Origin: Ostreococcus lucimarinus
Taxonomy: Eukaryota
Assembly (NCBI GenBank): GCA_000092065.1
Contig: CP000589.1
Strand: one strand, 5' to 3'
Length of the DNA: 64,000 nt
Part shown: piece after piece, positions 10,606 through 20,678 of the stretch
Layout: each line of letters opens with the position of its first letter
How positions within the stretch are numbered: position 1 is the first letter of the stretch
Made by a program: the position numbers and the translations under genes
Notes under the pieces: generated by a model
What the model was told of the DNA's origin: nothing
Databases searched by the model: none
Seen by the model: the letters and a program-made list of their open reading frames with translations, nothing else

Positions 10606-11538
10606 CTACAAATCGCTAAGTGTCTGCGCGAACGCGCCCTCTAACATCGCCATCTCTTCGAACACATCGTCTCGAGACCCGTCGAGCGCGCGCGCGTCGC
10701 GTAAGAGCGCGCGTCGCGCTTCGTTCGCCGCCGCCGCGACGGCGGCTCGTCGGGCGTCCGCGGCGTCGGCGACGACGCGCGACACGCTCGCGCGCGCACG
10801 AACATCGAGCGCGTGCAACGCCGACTTCGCCGTCTCCGCGCGCGCGGCCTCGCGTTCGAGCTCGCGTTCCGCTTCGCTCGCCGGAACATCCGGCGCCGGT
10901 CCCCAAAACTCGAGCGCGCGCGACCACGCGGCGTCCACGTCCGTCTCCTCCGTCGCGTCCACGACGAACGCCGGAAACGTCGCCCCATCTCCCGGCGTCG
11001 TCACCGCCGGCGCCTCGAACGCGCGCGTCATGCGTTCGAACACCTCCTCCGGAACCGCCTCCGCGCCCTCGCGATTTCGATTTCGCCGTCTCGCCTCCTT
11101 CGTCGGCGCCGTCACGTGCGCGCACGCGCAGCTCGCCCTCGCCTCCCTCGCCGCGCGAAACACCTCCCACCGCATTCCTCTGTAATACATGTTATCGTCC
11201 ACGATCACCACCGTCTTCACGCCGTCTTCTCGCGCGTTTCCTCGTCTCGTCGCCGCGTCGACGTCCGCCGCCGCCTCGGCGCGCGCCGCTCGCCACCGCG
11301 CCGGCTCGAACGCCGTCGTCCCGTCCTCGCGCGTCATCGCGCGCAGCTCGCGCGCGTCGTAACGCGCGTGATGCGCGTCGTGCCCGCTCTCGCGCGCGCG
11401 TCGCGCGAGCGCGCGCGCGAGCGTCGTCTTCCCGACCCCCGGCAGGCCGCACAGGACGAGCACGAGCGTCTTGGACGCGTCCTCGCGCGGCGCGCGCGCC
11501 GCTCGCGGACGCGACGCGGCGTCCGAGGCGGTGGCCAT
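10606..11538 (-). CDS. PSTK: PSTK/KTI12-family P-loop kinase, closest to O-phosphoseryl-tRNA(Sec) kinase
   Basis: Walker A LVLVLCGLPGVGKTTLARAL (PSTK: LCGLPAAGKSTFARAL) and VVIVDDNMYYRGMRWEVF (PSTK: LDDNFYYQSMRYEV). Start set to ATG 11538 (MATASD), which avoids overlap with the divergent neighbour; track ORF runs to 11649. Confidence 0.55.
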   Translation of the reverse strand: MATASDAASRPRAARAPREDASKTLVLVLCGLPGVGKTTLARALARRARESGHDAHHARYDARELRAMTREDGTTAFEPARWRAARAEAAADVDAATRRGNAREDGVKTVVIVDDNMYYRGMRWEVFRAAREARASCACAHVTAPTKEARRRNRNREGAEAVPEEVFERMTRAFEAPAVTTPGDGATFPAFVVDATEETDVDAAWSRALEFWGPAPDVPASEAERELEREAARAETAKSALHALDVRARASVSRVVADAADARRAAVAAAANEARRALLRDARALDGSRDDVFEEMAMLEGAFAQTLSDL

Positions 11539-11616
11539 CGCGCGCGCCGCGCGCGGCGGCGCGCGCCGCGCCGCGCGCGACGCGGCGCGACGCAGCGCGC
11601 CGCAGAGCGCGACGCG

Positions 11617-12498
11617 ATGTCCCGCGGCGGCAGGAAGACGCACGCGCACGACGATCAGTACGGCGAGGTCGGACGCGGCGACGACGGCGACGCGCGCGAC
11701 GACGGCGCGCGATCGACCGGCGGCGCGGGCGCGCGGAAGGGCGCGAAGGGGAGCGTGGCGTACGTTCGAAGATTGCCAAAATTTCTAGAGGCGCACGCGG
11801 GACTTCTGGGCGCGACGACGACGACGCGCGACGACGACGACGCGCGAGCGACGGTGAACGACGCGGTGAACGCGCGGACGGAGGCGGTGCGCGGCGAGAC
11901 GGACGCGAGGGCGCGGACGGGGGCGGCGCCGCGGCGGTCGGCGTTGAGCGCGCTGGGATTCGACGACGACGAGTCGATCGCGGAGATGGCCGCGGTGCAC
12001 AAGGGCGAGGGGAACAGGGCGTTTCAAGAGAAGCGATTCGAAGACGCGGTGGCGTCGTTTTCGCGCGCGGCGGCGCTGGAGCCGAAAAATTGGGTGTTTT
12101 TTAGTAATCGGAGCGCCGCGTACGCCGAGCTTGGGCGGTACGACGACGCGTTGGATGACGCGAAGGAGACGATTCGATTGAACTGCGAGTGGACGAAGGG
12201 GTACGTTCGACTCGCGACGGCGTGCTCGGCGCTGGGTAGGTTGTCCGAGGCGACCGCGGCGTGGAGGAGGGCGTGCGAATTGGACGACGAGAACGCGTCT
12301 TTGCGGGAATCGCTCGCAAAAGCGGAAGCGGCGGAAGAGTCGTCCTTGAAGGAAGGCAAGTTCAAGTTTCAAGGGTCGAAGCGTAAAGAGACGGCCGGCG
12401 ACGGTGAAGACGTCGCCGGAGGCGATGTGACGGAGGCGAAGAAGAAGAAAAAGAAGCCGCCTCCCGCGACGCTGTCGTTTGCGGATGACGACGGGTGA
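11617..12498 (+). CDS. TPR-repeat protein (Hop/STI1-like TPR unit) with acidic/Lys-rich tail
   Basis: Three canonical TPR units: KGEGNRAFQEKRFEDAVASFSRAAALEPKNWVFFSNRSAAYAELGRYDDALDDAKETIRLNCEWTKGYVRLATACSALGRLSEA. Track ORF (from 10813) has an Arg-rich junk N-terminus antisense to the PSTK gene; start set to ATG 11617. Confidence 0.55.
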   Translation: MSRGGRKTHAHDDQYGEVGRGDDGDARDDGARSTGGAGARKGAKGSVAYVRRLPKFLEAHAGLLGATTTTRDDDDARATVNDAVNARTEAVRGETDARARTGAAPRRSALSALGFDDDESIAEMAAVHKGEGNRAFQEKRFEDAVASFSRAAALEPKNWVFFSNRSAAYAELGRYDDALDDAKETIRLNCEWTKGYVRLATACSALGRLSEATAAWRRACELDDENASLRESLAKAEAAEESSLKEGKFKFQGSKRKETAGDGEDVAGGDVTEAKKKKKKPPPATLSFADDDG

Positions 12499-12540
12499 GT
12501 TACGGTAGAAGTATTAATAATGTACCATGCGAAACGATTA

Positions 12541-14775
12541 TCAATCTACATCCTTTAACGAAGAGGCCGCGCGCGCGGACGTATTTTCGACGGTCGCGCT
12601 CTCCGATCGCGCGACGGATAAAACTTCGAGTTTTGCCTTCATGTCGGCGAGTTTCTTGGCTTGCTCCTCGGCACGCTTTTCCTTCATTCGCTTTTGCAAC
12701 CGACCAACCTTGTACAAGTCTTCGTAATTCGTTATCACCGCCACGTCCGGGTTCTCGCGTATGGCCTTGTCTTCCGCCGTTTCCTCGTCTTCCGATTCGG
12801 TGTCCCAACCGAAATCGTCGTCGTCGCGCGTGAAATCCGCCTTCGCAATGATTTCCCAATCTCTGGCGAGATCGTTTGGCACGGGCGCGATGGATCCTTC
12901 GGGTACGCGCGCGTCACCGCTCGGCATTTTTGACTCATGAGAGCTAGCGTGCACGCGAAGCGCGTATGGACTCGAGCCCATGAGCACGTCTCGACACGAC
13001 ACGACAAGACGGTAAAAGCCATCCTCGACGGGCTCGTACGAAGCCACGAATCGCCCGCGTCCGTCGTCTTCAATCTTCACTCCATCCTTAGTTTTGATTT
13101 CGTGTCCGTTGACGTCGGTGACCGAGATTTGCAAAGGAAGCTGCTCGCTTAAGTTTCCAAACACATCGTTATCGAATTCATCGCGAGCCTTGATCGTAAA
13201 CGATGCGCGCTGTGAAACCGCGGCTCGCCTCGTACCATCGCCTTCGACGACGCAATGCTTTGCGCTCGCACGCGCGGGCTCGACCACGACGTCGTATGGA
13301 GAGTTTCCGCACTGTTCGTCGTTTCCAATGATGACTTCGCACTGATACGCGCCGGCGACCGTGCACGTGTAGTACGCCACATACGTCCCGTCGCCGTTAT
13401 CCGTCACGGTGCCGTATTCGACGAGTTCGTCGTCCGTCTCCATGGAATCCACGTGTGTTAGCTTGACGGTAAATATATCTCCCCCGCTCAAGCGTTTATT
13501 CTTCAACTCATCCTTCGCCTCGATGCCAATCATGCTCGCTTCCCCCGCGCGCGCTTTCACGACGCCCGGCCCGAAAACTTTCGTAAACGCCGGTTCGGCG
13601 GTACTTTGGCACCAGCAATCGCGTTCCCATTCGCCGCGATACTTTGTGCCATCGGCGAAGACGCACACGCCGTAACCGTGTCGCTCGTCTCGCACCCACT
13701 CGCCTTGATATTCATCACCGTTGGCGTACGTGCACGCGCCTTTGCCGTGTCGCTTACCGTCACACCACTCGCCCTGGTAAATTGTGCCGTCGGCGTACAA
13801 TCGCTTGCCTTTGCCGTTTTCGGCGTCTTCGTCGAACGCGCCGCGATACTCCTCACCGAGGTCGGTGAATTTGCAAACGCCCTGTCCTTTTCGACGACCC
13901 CCTTCAAAGTCTCCAACGTACTCGAACGTCGCTGTTTTCAACACGCCCTTGCCGTGATACTGATCGTCTCGCCACTCGCCGTCGTACGTCGATCCCGTGG
14001 CGAGTTCGCACTTGCCTCGCCCGTGCCTGAGATCGTCGCGCCACTGCCCTATGTACTTGTACGACCCAACGGCGGCAAACTTACCGCGACCATGCCGATA
14101 ATCACCGCGCCACTCTCCGTCGTACTCCACCGATCCGTCCTTCGCCGCGTACCTTCCGCGCACTCGCGATCCCGAAAGCGTCGCGCCGTTAAACGTGGAC
14201 CCGTCCGCGTACGTATACATCCCATTACCCTCGACGATATCATCCACCCATTCGCCCTCGTACACGTCCCCGCTCGCGAAACGTTGCGTACCCCACCCCC
14301 AGCGATGATCATTCTTCCACTCACCCTCGTACACGTCGCCGTTGACGTACTCGCACCTCCCTCGCCCGCACGTCTTGTCGTCTTCCCATTCGCCCTCGTA
14401 CTTCAATCCCGACTTGAATGTCATCGTCCCTCGTCCGTGTCGCTTATCGTCCCTCCAGTACCCATCGTACACGTCCCCAGTGCTACACACGTGTCTCCCT
14501 CGTCCGTGTCGCGTCTCATCGACGCACTCGCCCACGTACTCGTCGCCGTTCGTGTACTCGAGCGCGCGCTCGTCGTAATACCGAGGCTCGAGCGCTTCCG
14601 CCTCATCCACGATCGCGCGCGACTCCGCGTCGTCCTCGGCGCGCGCGAGCATTTCCCTTCGCACCGCGCGCAACCGCTCGAGCTCCGCGCGCATCTCCTC
14701 CGTCGTCCGTTTCTTCCCTCCATCATCCGCCTCCGCCTCGCGCGTCCCGACGATTCGTCCATGATCGACGCTCGC

Positions 14776-14808
<33 letters not shown>

Positions 14809-14841
14809 CGCGTCCTCGTCGCGCAATTCTTCGATGATCAT
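12541..14841 (-). CDS. MORN-repeat protein with C-terminal filamin/ABP280-type Ig repeats
   Basis: At least 14 tandem MORN units (YEGEWKNDHRWGWG, YDGEWRGDYRHGRG, YQGEWCDGKRHGKG and similar). Two filamin-like repeats follow (FGPGVVKARAGEASMIGIEAKD...SPYDVVVEP; CVVEGDGTRRAAVSQRASFTIKARD...SPYALRV). Start set to ATG 14841 (MIIEELRDED); track ORF runs to 16038 through a Pro/Ser/Arg-rich region. Confidence 0.7.
14777..14810. repeat. 9-bp tandem repeat (CGCCGTCCG) x3 inside a coding sequence
   Basis: gacgccgtccgcgccgtccgcgccgtccgcgcc encodes GADGADGADG near the N-terminus of the MORN protein (minus strand). Confidence 0.7.
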
Positions 14842-15243
14842 TTCCCTCGACCGAACGCGCGCGCGCGTCGCGCCGTCGCGTCGCCGTGTCGCGCGCGCGC
14901 CGCGTTCGCGCGCGCCGTCGTCTCGAGCGTTACGCGTGCGTTTCTCGCGCGCGCTCGACGAGTCGACGCCGTCGCGCGCGCGCGCCGTCGCGCGCGCGTC
15001 GCGCGTCGCGCGCCATCGACGCGAGAAATTTCGCGTCGTCGGTTCGTCGCGCGCCGTCGTCGCGCGCGGCGTCGCGCGCGCGCGACGGCGTCGATTCGTC
15101 GCGTCGCGTCGCGCGTCTCTCGCGCGTCGCCTCGACCGCTCGAGGTCGCGCGCGCGATCGAGCGAGGGGTCGTCACTCGCGCGCGCACGACGCGGCGACG
15201 TCGGCGCGCGGGCGAGCGCGCGCGCGCGATCGACGCGCGTCGC

Positions 15244-15266
15244 GGTCGGTCGGTCGGTCGGTCGCG

Positions 15267-15297
<31 letters not shown>

Positions 15298-15349
15298 AAC
15301 GCGACGAAAGTTTGGATTGGATTGGATTGGACTGGTTTGGATTGGATTC
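15244..15349. repeat. compound microsatellite cluster: (GGTC)5, (GACGC)5, (TTGGA)6-7 with one variant unit
   Basis: Read directly from the sequence: ggtcggtcggtcggtcggtcg, then gcgacgcgacgcgacgcgacgcgacg, then ttggattggattggattggactggtttggattggatt. It lies in the 512-bp head-to-head spacer between the MORN gene (ATG 14841, minus) and the hypothetical gene at 15354. Confidence 0.8.
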
Positions 15350-15353
15350 GACG

Positions 15354-16220
15354 ATGTCGGACGCGGTGGCGGGCGCGGATGAGACCGTGGGGCGACGGAC
15401 GACGCGACGGGGCGCGGACGGCGGCGCGGGGAGCGCGCAGGCGGCGGCGAGGCGGGAAACGATCGAGATGCGGACGGAGCGGTACGCGAATTGTAGGGTG
15501 CATAAGAATTGCGGGGACGCGTACTGCGAGTTTCGGAAGCTGGCGTGGGAGTTTCGAGCGGTGCGGGATCGAGCAGAGGCGAAAGGGTCGAAGGCGAAGG
15601 CGGTCGCGGAGGCGTGGGTGAGAGCGGCGATGAAGGAGGACGACGCGTGGAATGAGGCGGCGGAGAGGGAGCGGAAGAGGTTGCGGGCGGAGGCGGCAAA
15701 GGTGACGAAGGCGATGGAGCTCGCGGCGAGAAGCGCGCCGACGGAGCGAGAATTGAGACGCGCGCGGGCAAAAGAGTTGAAGCGTCTCGATGGAGACGCC
15801 GATGTGAGCGAAGAACCGTCGCGCGCGGGGACGCCACCGCCGGAGACGGAGGAGGAAAAGAAGACACGACAGGCGATGGAGATTTACGAGAAGCGCATGC
15901 AGCGCGTGCGCGACTTGACCAAACGCCGCGCCATGCTCTTGGCTCGCGCCAGTACGGTGGTGGTGCACCCGGGAACAAACAAGGTGATCGCGTTGTCAAC
16001 GCCCGAAGAGCTGTCAATCGTGCTGAAGATTGAGGCAAAGAAGAAGGCGCAGATGGAACAGAGGCGGCGTCAACGCGGCTTGAAGCGTCCGATGAAGGGT
16101 CCGAACATTGGCGACATGTACAGAATGCCGCGTCTTTTCGAGGAAGTCTGGCTGTATGAAGACAGCAACGTGGACGAACCGACTATTTCGGATTTGATTC
16201 ACATGAACATAGGAATGTAG
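15354..16220 (+). CDS. hypothetical Lys/Glu-rich coiled-coil protein
   Basis: The 3' two-thirds of track ORF 14886..16220 have normal codon usage and charged coiled-coil character (KRLRAEAAKVTKAMELAARS...). No family recognised. Start set to ATG 15354 (MSDAVAGAD), downstream of the microsatellite cluster. Confidence 0.4.
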   Translation: MSDAVAGADETVGRRTTRRGADGGAGSAQAAARRETIEMRTERYANCRVHKNCGDAYCEFRKLAWEFRAVRDRAEAKGSKAKAVAEAWVRAAMKEDDAWNEAAERERKRLRAEAAKVTKAMELAARSAPTERELRRARAKELKRLDGDADVSEEPSRAGTPPPETEEEKKTRQAMEIYEKRMQRVRDLTKRRAMLLARASTVVVHPGTNKVIALSTPEELSIVLKIEAKKKAQMEQRRRQRGLKRPMKGPNIGDMYRMPRLFEEVWLYEDSNVDEPTISDLIHMNIGM

Positions 16221-16259
16221 CTCTCTACCAATACAATTAAAGAGAATTCTAAAGACTCT

Positions 16260-18359
16260 TCACGACGACTTTTCTCGCTCGACGATTTCGTCAATCTTAC
16301 GGAACTGCCACGGCCATCGCACGTTGTACAGGAACTGTCGCTGATCGAATCTATTGTCGTCCGGCGAGTAATTTTCAGCGTGATACGACGGCGTGAGCGT
16401 TGTCATCTTGTGCCTGTTGCACGAATAAAAGAAGAAAAATTTCTTCACCTTTTCGGCGATTTCGCTCGCAGAGAGCCCGCGATCCGCCCACTCCACGGTG
16501 TACAGACGCTTGAACATCGCCACTGGTCCAAGACGGGCGATTTTACGCAACCTTCCGTAAACACCGAGATCGTCGTAACTCATACCCATGTCCTCTTCGT
16601 CGGTTTGTACGTAGTCATCGCGAATAGGTTCGAGTTCCGCGGTAGGCGGCGCCTTTTCGACTTCTGCGAGCGTGGGATATCCCAAATTCATCGCCCCCCA
16701 GCGCAAGAACGATCGCAAATCGGCTTTGCTGATGCCGCCAATCGGATTTACGTCGGCACTCGAGCAATCGTACTTGGTCATGTATCCTCTCAATCCCTCG
16801 TCCACGTTCGCGCTCCCCAACACGAGCAAAAAGCCAGATTTACCTCGAACCCAAGGCAAAAGTTGCGCGAAAAGGAAGGACAAAACCATGCGCACGCGAG
16901 CTTGGATGTTTTGAAGCGCCAAGTTTTCCGCGTTTGACCCGCCGTCCACCTTAAATTTCGGCGTTTTCCCAGTCACCGTGGTGAAGAATGTTACGACGGC
17001 TGTCACCACGACGTCGATGGCGACGCTCAAATGCGAGGCGCCGATATCATTCGCGAGCGCCGCCGCGCGCGCGCGCGTCTCCGCGCTGCTGTTGTCCGTG
17101 CCAAGGTAAACAGTCGTAAATATCATCTTCGCCAACTCTTCGGCGCTCGGGATCGGGACGTCGCTCGCAAGTTGGGCGACGCGACGAATATCGTCGGCGA
17201 CAATCGCGTCCCCCGCGCTCGCCGCCCTGGTGACTAGTTGACACATGCTTCCGACGATGGCGGCCGTGCTGGCCGAGTCGGCGCCTCCGGAAAGCGGCAA
17301 AAAGTATCCGCTCGCGCCCGAGCGCCTGAGATAATCCCACAACCAGCACGCTGGCCCGAGCGCGATTTCCTCCTCGGGCGCATGAAACGAAATTGCCCGC
17401 TTCGGCGTCACCTTGAGATTCTCAGAAACGCACAGCTTGCCCGATACACGCACGGTAGGTATGCGCTTCACACTCGCCGCTTGTACACTCATCGATTGAA
17501 ACGCTCCTCGATGCGATTGAACTTCATCGAGATCCACCGTCGCGGCGACGACTTCGACGTCGCTCACGTCGAATTGTTTCCCTTGCGCCACGATTTCCCC
17601 ATTCACCGCGATGCACGCGCATCCATCGTAGTACAATCGCCCACCGTCACACCCGCGCTGATTGGAGTACAAATACACCCCACCCGCCTTCCCACTCGCG
17701 CTCTTGATCAAATTCATCCTGGCGTCCAACTTTCTCAATTGGTGGTGCGACCCGCTCCCGTTGCTCACGATTTCAATCCCATTCAACGCCAACGCGATGT
17801 GCGGCGCGTCGGGCGTCCACAACTCCTCACACGTCTCGCATCCTAATCCCGCGTCGTCGAACACCACCGCTCCGTCCCCGAACGCCACGCTCGTTTTCCC
17901 GTCCATTCCGAACCTCGCGCAACTCTCCGGCAGCGTAAACTCCTCCACTTCGTTCGCGCGCGTCCACGCCGTGAACCACCGCGACTCGCGATAATTCCCA
18001 TCATCCGCCAGCGCTCTCTTCGGTCGCACGAACGCGATCGCGCCGTCGACGATGATGACTCGACAATTATACCTCGCCCCGCGCGTCGTCGCCGGCGCGC
18101 CGACGTCCACCACCGCCCCGCGCATCAATTCCTTCTCCTCGCACAGCTTCGCGATCACCTCCCACGCGTGCGTCTCCGTGTCGCGCTCGTGAAAGTGATC
18201 CTCGCACCCGTACCCGCACGTCTCGAGCTCGGGCCCGACGCGATAGCGCGCGCCGAGTCTTTTCGCGCGCAGGATGCTCTCTCGAATCCGCGCGTAATTT
18301 CCATCAAAGTCCAGCGCCCACTGGTTCAGCGCGCAGCACGCGACGGCGACGACGCGCAT
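16260..18359 (-). CDS. QNS1: glutamine-dependent NAD+ synthetase
   Basis: An N-terminal CN-hydrolase domain (MRVVAVACCALNQWALDFDGN...GPELETCGY) is followed by an NAD-synthase domain with the PP-loop FLPLSGGADSAS. Track ORF extends to 19097; start set to ATG 18359. Confidence 0.85.
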   Translation of the reverse strand: MRVVAVACCALNQWALDFDGNYARIRESILRAKRLGARYRVGPELETCGYGCEDHFHERDTETHAWEVIAKLCEEKELMRGAVVDVGAPATTRGARYNCRVIIVDGAIAFVRPKRALADDGNYRESRWFTAWTRANEVEEFTLPESCARFGMDGKTSVAFGDGAVVFDDAGLGCETCEELWTPDAPHIALALNGIEIVSNGSGSHHQLRKLDARMNLIKSASGKAGGVYLYSNQRGCDGGRLYYDGCACIAVNGEIVAQGKQFDVSDVEVVAATVDLDEVQSHRGAFQSMSVQAASVKRIPTVRVSGKLCVSENLKVTPKRAISFHAPEEEIALGPACWLWDYLRRSGASGYFLPLSGGADSASTAAIVGSMCQLVTRAASAGDAIVADDIRRVAQLASDVPIPSAEELAKMIFTTVYLGTDNSSAETRARAAALANDIGASHLSVAIDVVVTAVVTFFTTVTGKTPKFKVDGGSNAENLALQNIQARVRMVLSFLFAQLLPWVRGKSGFLLVLGSANVDEGLRGYMTKYDCSSADVNPIGGISKADLRSFLRWGAMNLGYPTLAEVEKAPPTAELEPIRDDYVQTDEEDMGMSYDDLGVYGRLRKIARLGPVAMFKRLYTVEWADRGLSASEIAEKVKKFFFFYSCNRHKMTTLTPSYHAENYSPDDNRFDQRQFLYNVRWPWQFRKIDEIVEREKSS

Positions 18360-18582
18360 GTCGAACCTTTTCGCGCGTCGTTTCGCGCGCGATTCGGCGC
18401 GCGCCGTTCTCGCGCGTCGGCGCGCGGCGCGCGAATCGTCGAATTTCCGGGAAATCGCACCACCGGACGCGTCAGAGACCGACGCGCGTCGGACCGTCGG
18501 CGACGGACGCGCCGCGCGCGCGCGCGAGGCGTCGCGCATGACCCGCGCGCGCGCGCGGACGTGATCGAGCGACGCGCGCGCG

Positions 18583-20637
18583 ATGCGCCGCCGCGCTCGC
18601 GAACGCGACCGCGCGCGAAGCGCCGCGGCATCGCGCGTCGTCGCGCTCGCGCTCGCGCTCGCGGGCGCGGCGAACGCGCGCGCGCGCGCGGCGAACGCGG
18701 GCGGGGGCGGACGACCGTCGTTCGAGGCGGCGGTGCTGCCGCCGAGCGCGTTCGCGGGACGGACGAGCGCGGTGACGGTGCACGGTTTGAACTTTTTGCC
18801 GGGCCGGGACGCGGCGTGCGCGGATTGTAACGCGAACGGCGCCGCGACGACGCGGTGCGCGTTCGGAGACGCGAGGGATAACGGTGCGGTGAGCGCGTTC
18901 GATGGCTCGGACGCGAGCGCGTTTGAGTGCGCGGTGAACGCGGTGGACGGGGCGACGGGGACGCCGAGGCTGGGCTTCGCGCGCGGGAGTTGGAGCGCGA
19001 ACGGAGGGTACGATTGGGCGGTGTTCGGGGGCGAGAGCGGGGGGGGGGAGGATGGCAGCGTGCACTTCATGAAGATACCGAGCGTGGATGACGTCATCGC
19101 GAGCGTGGCACCGATGGGAATGCCGACGTACGCGACGGGTGGAGATTTCGCGCGAGGCGCGCTCGGGTGTTACTTTGAGTCCAGAAACGACGCGGGGTCG
19201 TGGGTGATGCGGGCGACGGGGACGGCGGCGGAGGCGGCCGAACACAGAGGGCTGTTTGTGAGCTCCGCGCTGTATCGATGCGAATCGCCGACGTACGAGA
19301 GGACGACGCCGTCCAAGGCGACGCTGGCGCGGTTCGCCGTCGGCGTCTTGGGAAACGACGGCGGCTCGCTGACGAATGTGGTGAGTTATAAGGAAAACTA
19401 CTGGCTCACCCCGGGCGCGGCGACCGTGAGTAGTGGGACGTACGGTCTCACTGGGGGAGAGACGATCAGCGTCGGAGTGAGCGATTCGGATGGAGATTGG
19501 GCAAACATCGGTTGTCTCGTGGGAACGACGCGCGTGAGCGCGCGGTCGGTGTCTACGTCCACGGTGACGTGCGTAGCCCCTGCGCGCGCGGAGGATGATA
19601 TTGCGAACGTGCCGATCATGGTTGGCGTACGGTATGCCGAACAGAGCGCGTCGGTCGTGACGAGATCGACGGACGTGACGACGTACTCGGGCGGTACGCC
19701 AAAGCCGACGAGCCCGTACGAACTCCTCAACGACGAGTTATTCCTATTCGGTCGCGGGAAACAAGTCATGCAAGTTTCTTCAGAAGAAGATTTCACGTGC
19801 GTGTTGACTACGGTTGTCGACAACGTGACTTCGGTGTTCAAATCGACGACGGCGAACGCGTCTCCCTTTGACCAAATCTTAAACTGTCTCCTTCCTTTGA
19901 ACGTCGAGGTGGGATTCGTGGCGATGGGCATCACCGGTGGGAAATACGAGGGCGTGACGCAAGTCATGTTCGTCGATCCACCGCGGGCGATCAGCGCGTC
20001 GCCAAGACGAAGCCCGAGCGAAGGCGGTGGCATCGTGTGGGTGTACGGCTCGAATTTGAACGCCGGCACCGATCCGTACTCGTCGTGCGTGTTCACTGCC
20101 GACGAGTCGTCGAGTTTCAAATGGGCAGTGGGAACCGGCGCTCGCGCGAGTTCCGCTCTCGTCGCGTGCGAGCTACCGCCCGCGGCGTCCGTGGTGGTGC
20201 AGAACAATCAGCGAACAACGGCGGTGGCCGTCGTCATGCGTCCTGCTTCGGCGAGCGCGAACGCCTTGGATTCGGGAGCTTCGATCGAGTATGCCGTAAA
20301 CGTCGCGTCGGCGTCCATATCTCCAGTGCGTGGATCGTTAGAAGGAGGGACACCCGTGCGCCTGGATCCGACTATGACGTGGGTCGTGTCGCAAAGCTCG
20401 TCGGGGACGCCAGATACGGATGATTTCGGCACGGGTGGGTGTCGCTTCAGCGCTGTCACCGTGTCCGCGCGCGTCGCCGACTCGGGAGCGATCGAGTGCG
20501 TGTCACCGTCGCTAGGTAACTTTCCGTACGCCAACGCACCGGTCGCGATCGCGGTGGATTGGCGAACGAGCTCGTCGCCCCTCGTCTTCTTTACGAGTAC
20601 GAACACGTTTCTCAACTTTTCATACGTTCGATTCTAG
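18583..20637 (+). CDS. secreted protein with IPT/TIG (Ig-like) repeats
   Basis: Signal-peptide-like N-terminus (RVVALALALAGAANA) followed by repeated IPT/TIG-like modules: TSAVTVHGLNF, GGETISVGVSDSDG, GGIVWVYGSNLN, GGTPVRLDP. Rich in Ser/Thr/Gly. Confidence 0.5.
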   Translation: MRRRARERDRARSAAASRVVALALALAGAANARARAANAGGGGRPSFEAAVLPPSAFAGRTSAVTVHGLNFLPGRDAACADCNANGAATTRCAFGDARDNGAVSAFDGSDASAFECAVNAVDGATGTPRLGFARGSWSANGGYDWAVFGGESGGGEDGSVHFMKIPSVDDVIASVAPMGMPTYATGGDFARGALGCYFESRNDAGSWVMRATGTAAEAAEHRGLFVSSALYRCESPTYERTTPSKATLARFAVGVLGNDGGSLTNVVSYKENYWLTPGAATVSSGTYGLTGGETISVGVSDSDGDWANIGCLVGTTRVSARSVSTSTVTCVAPARAEDDIANVPIMVGVRYAEQSASVVTRSTDVTTYSGGTPKPTSPYELLNDELFLFGRGKQVMQVSSEEDFTCVLTTVVDNVTSVFKSTTANASPFDQILNCLLPLNVEVGFVAMGITGGKYEGVTQVMFVDPPRAISASPRRSPSEGGGIVWVYGSNLNAGTDPYSSCVFTADESSSFKWAVGTGARASSALVACELPPAASVVVQNNQRTTAVAVVMRPASASANALDSGASIEYAVNVASASISPVRGSLEGGTPVRLDPTMTWVVSQSSSGTPDTDDFGTGGCRFSAVTVSARVADSGAIECVSPSLGNFPYANAPVAIAVDWRTSSSPLVFFTSTNTFLNFSYVRF

Positions 20638-20678
20638 CTCATCGATTAGCACATGTATTTCAGCAGCGTCTAGATCCA

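Noticed and set aside
10620-12104. 494-aa plus-strand Pro/Arg/Ser-rich ORF, and 11192..11779 (minus).
   Set aside because: They are out of frame with or antisense to the PSTK-like and TPR genes. They are extreme low complexity, with PRPRPR and RRRRR runs.
15244-15349. Possible CRISPR-like or telomere-like repeat array (TTGGA)n.
   Set aside because: The units are 4-5 bp with no spacers, and the sequence is eukaryotic nuclear DNA. It is an ordinary microsatellite. TTGGA/GGATT is not a known telomere unit, and it is internal to a promoter.
13606-15621. 671-aa plus-strand ORF, and 14838..15968 (minus, 376 aa).
   Set aside because: They are antisense to or out of frame with the MORN gene and run through the microsatellite spacer. 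They have low-complexity Arg/Ala/Val composition. The MORN/filamin reading on the minus strand is the one with domain content.
20615-20640. tRNA T-loop-like GTTCGATTC at the end of the IPT/TIG gene.
   Set aside because: It is simply the codons ...VRF-stop. No complementary acceptor stem or anticodon arm is nearby. I found no convincing tRNA anywhere in the window by eye.
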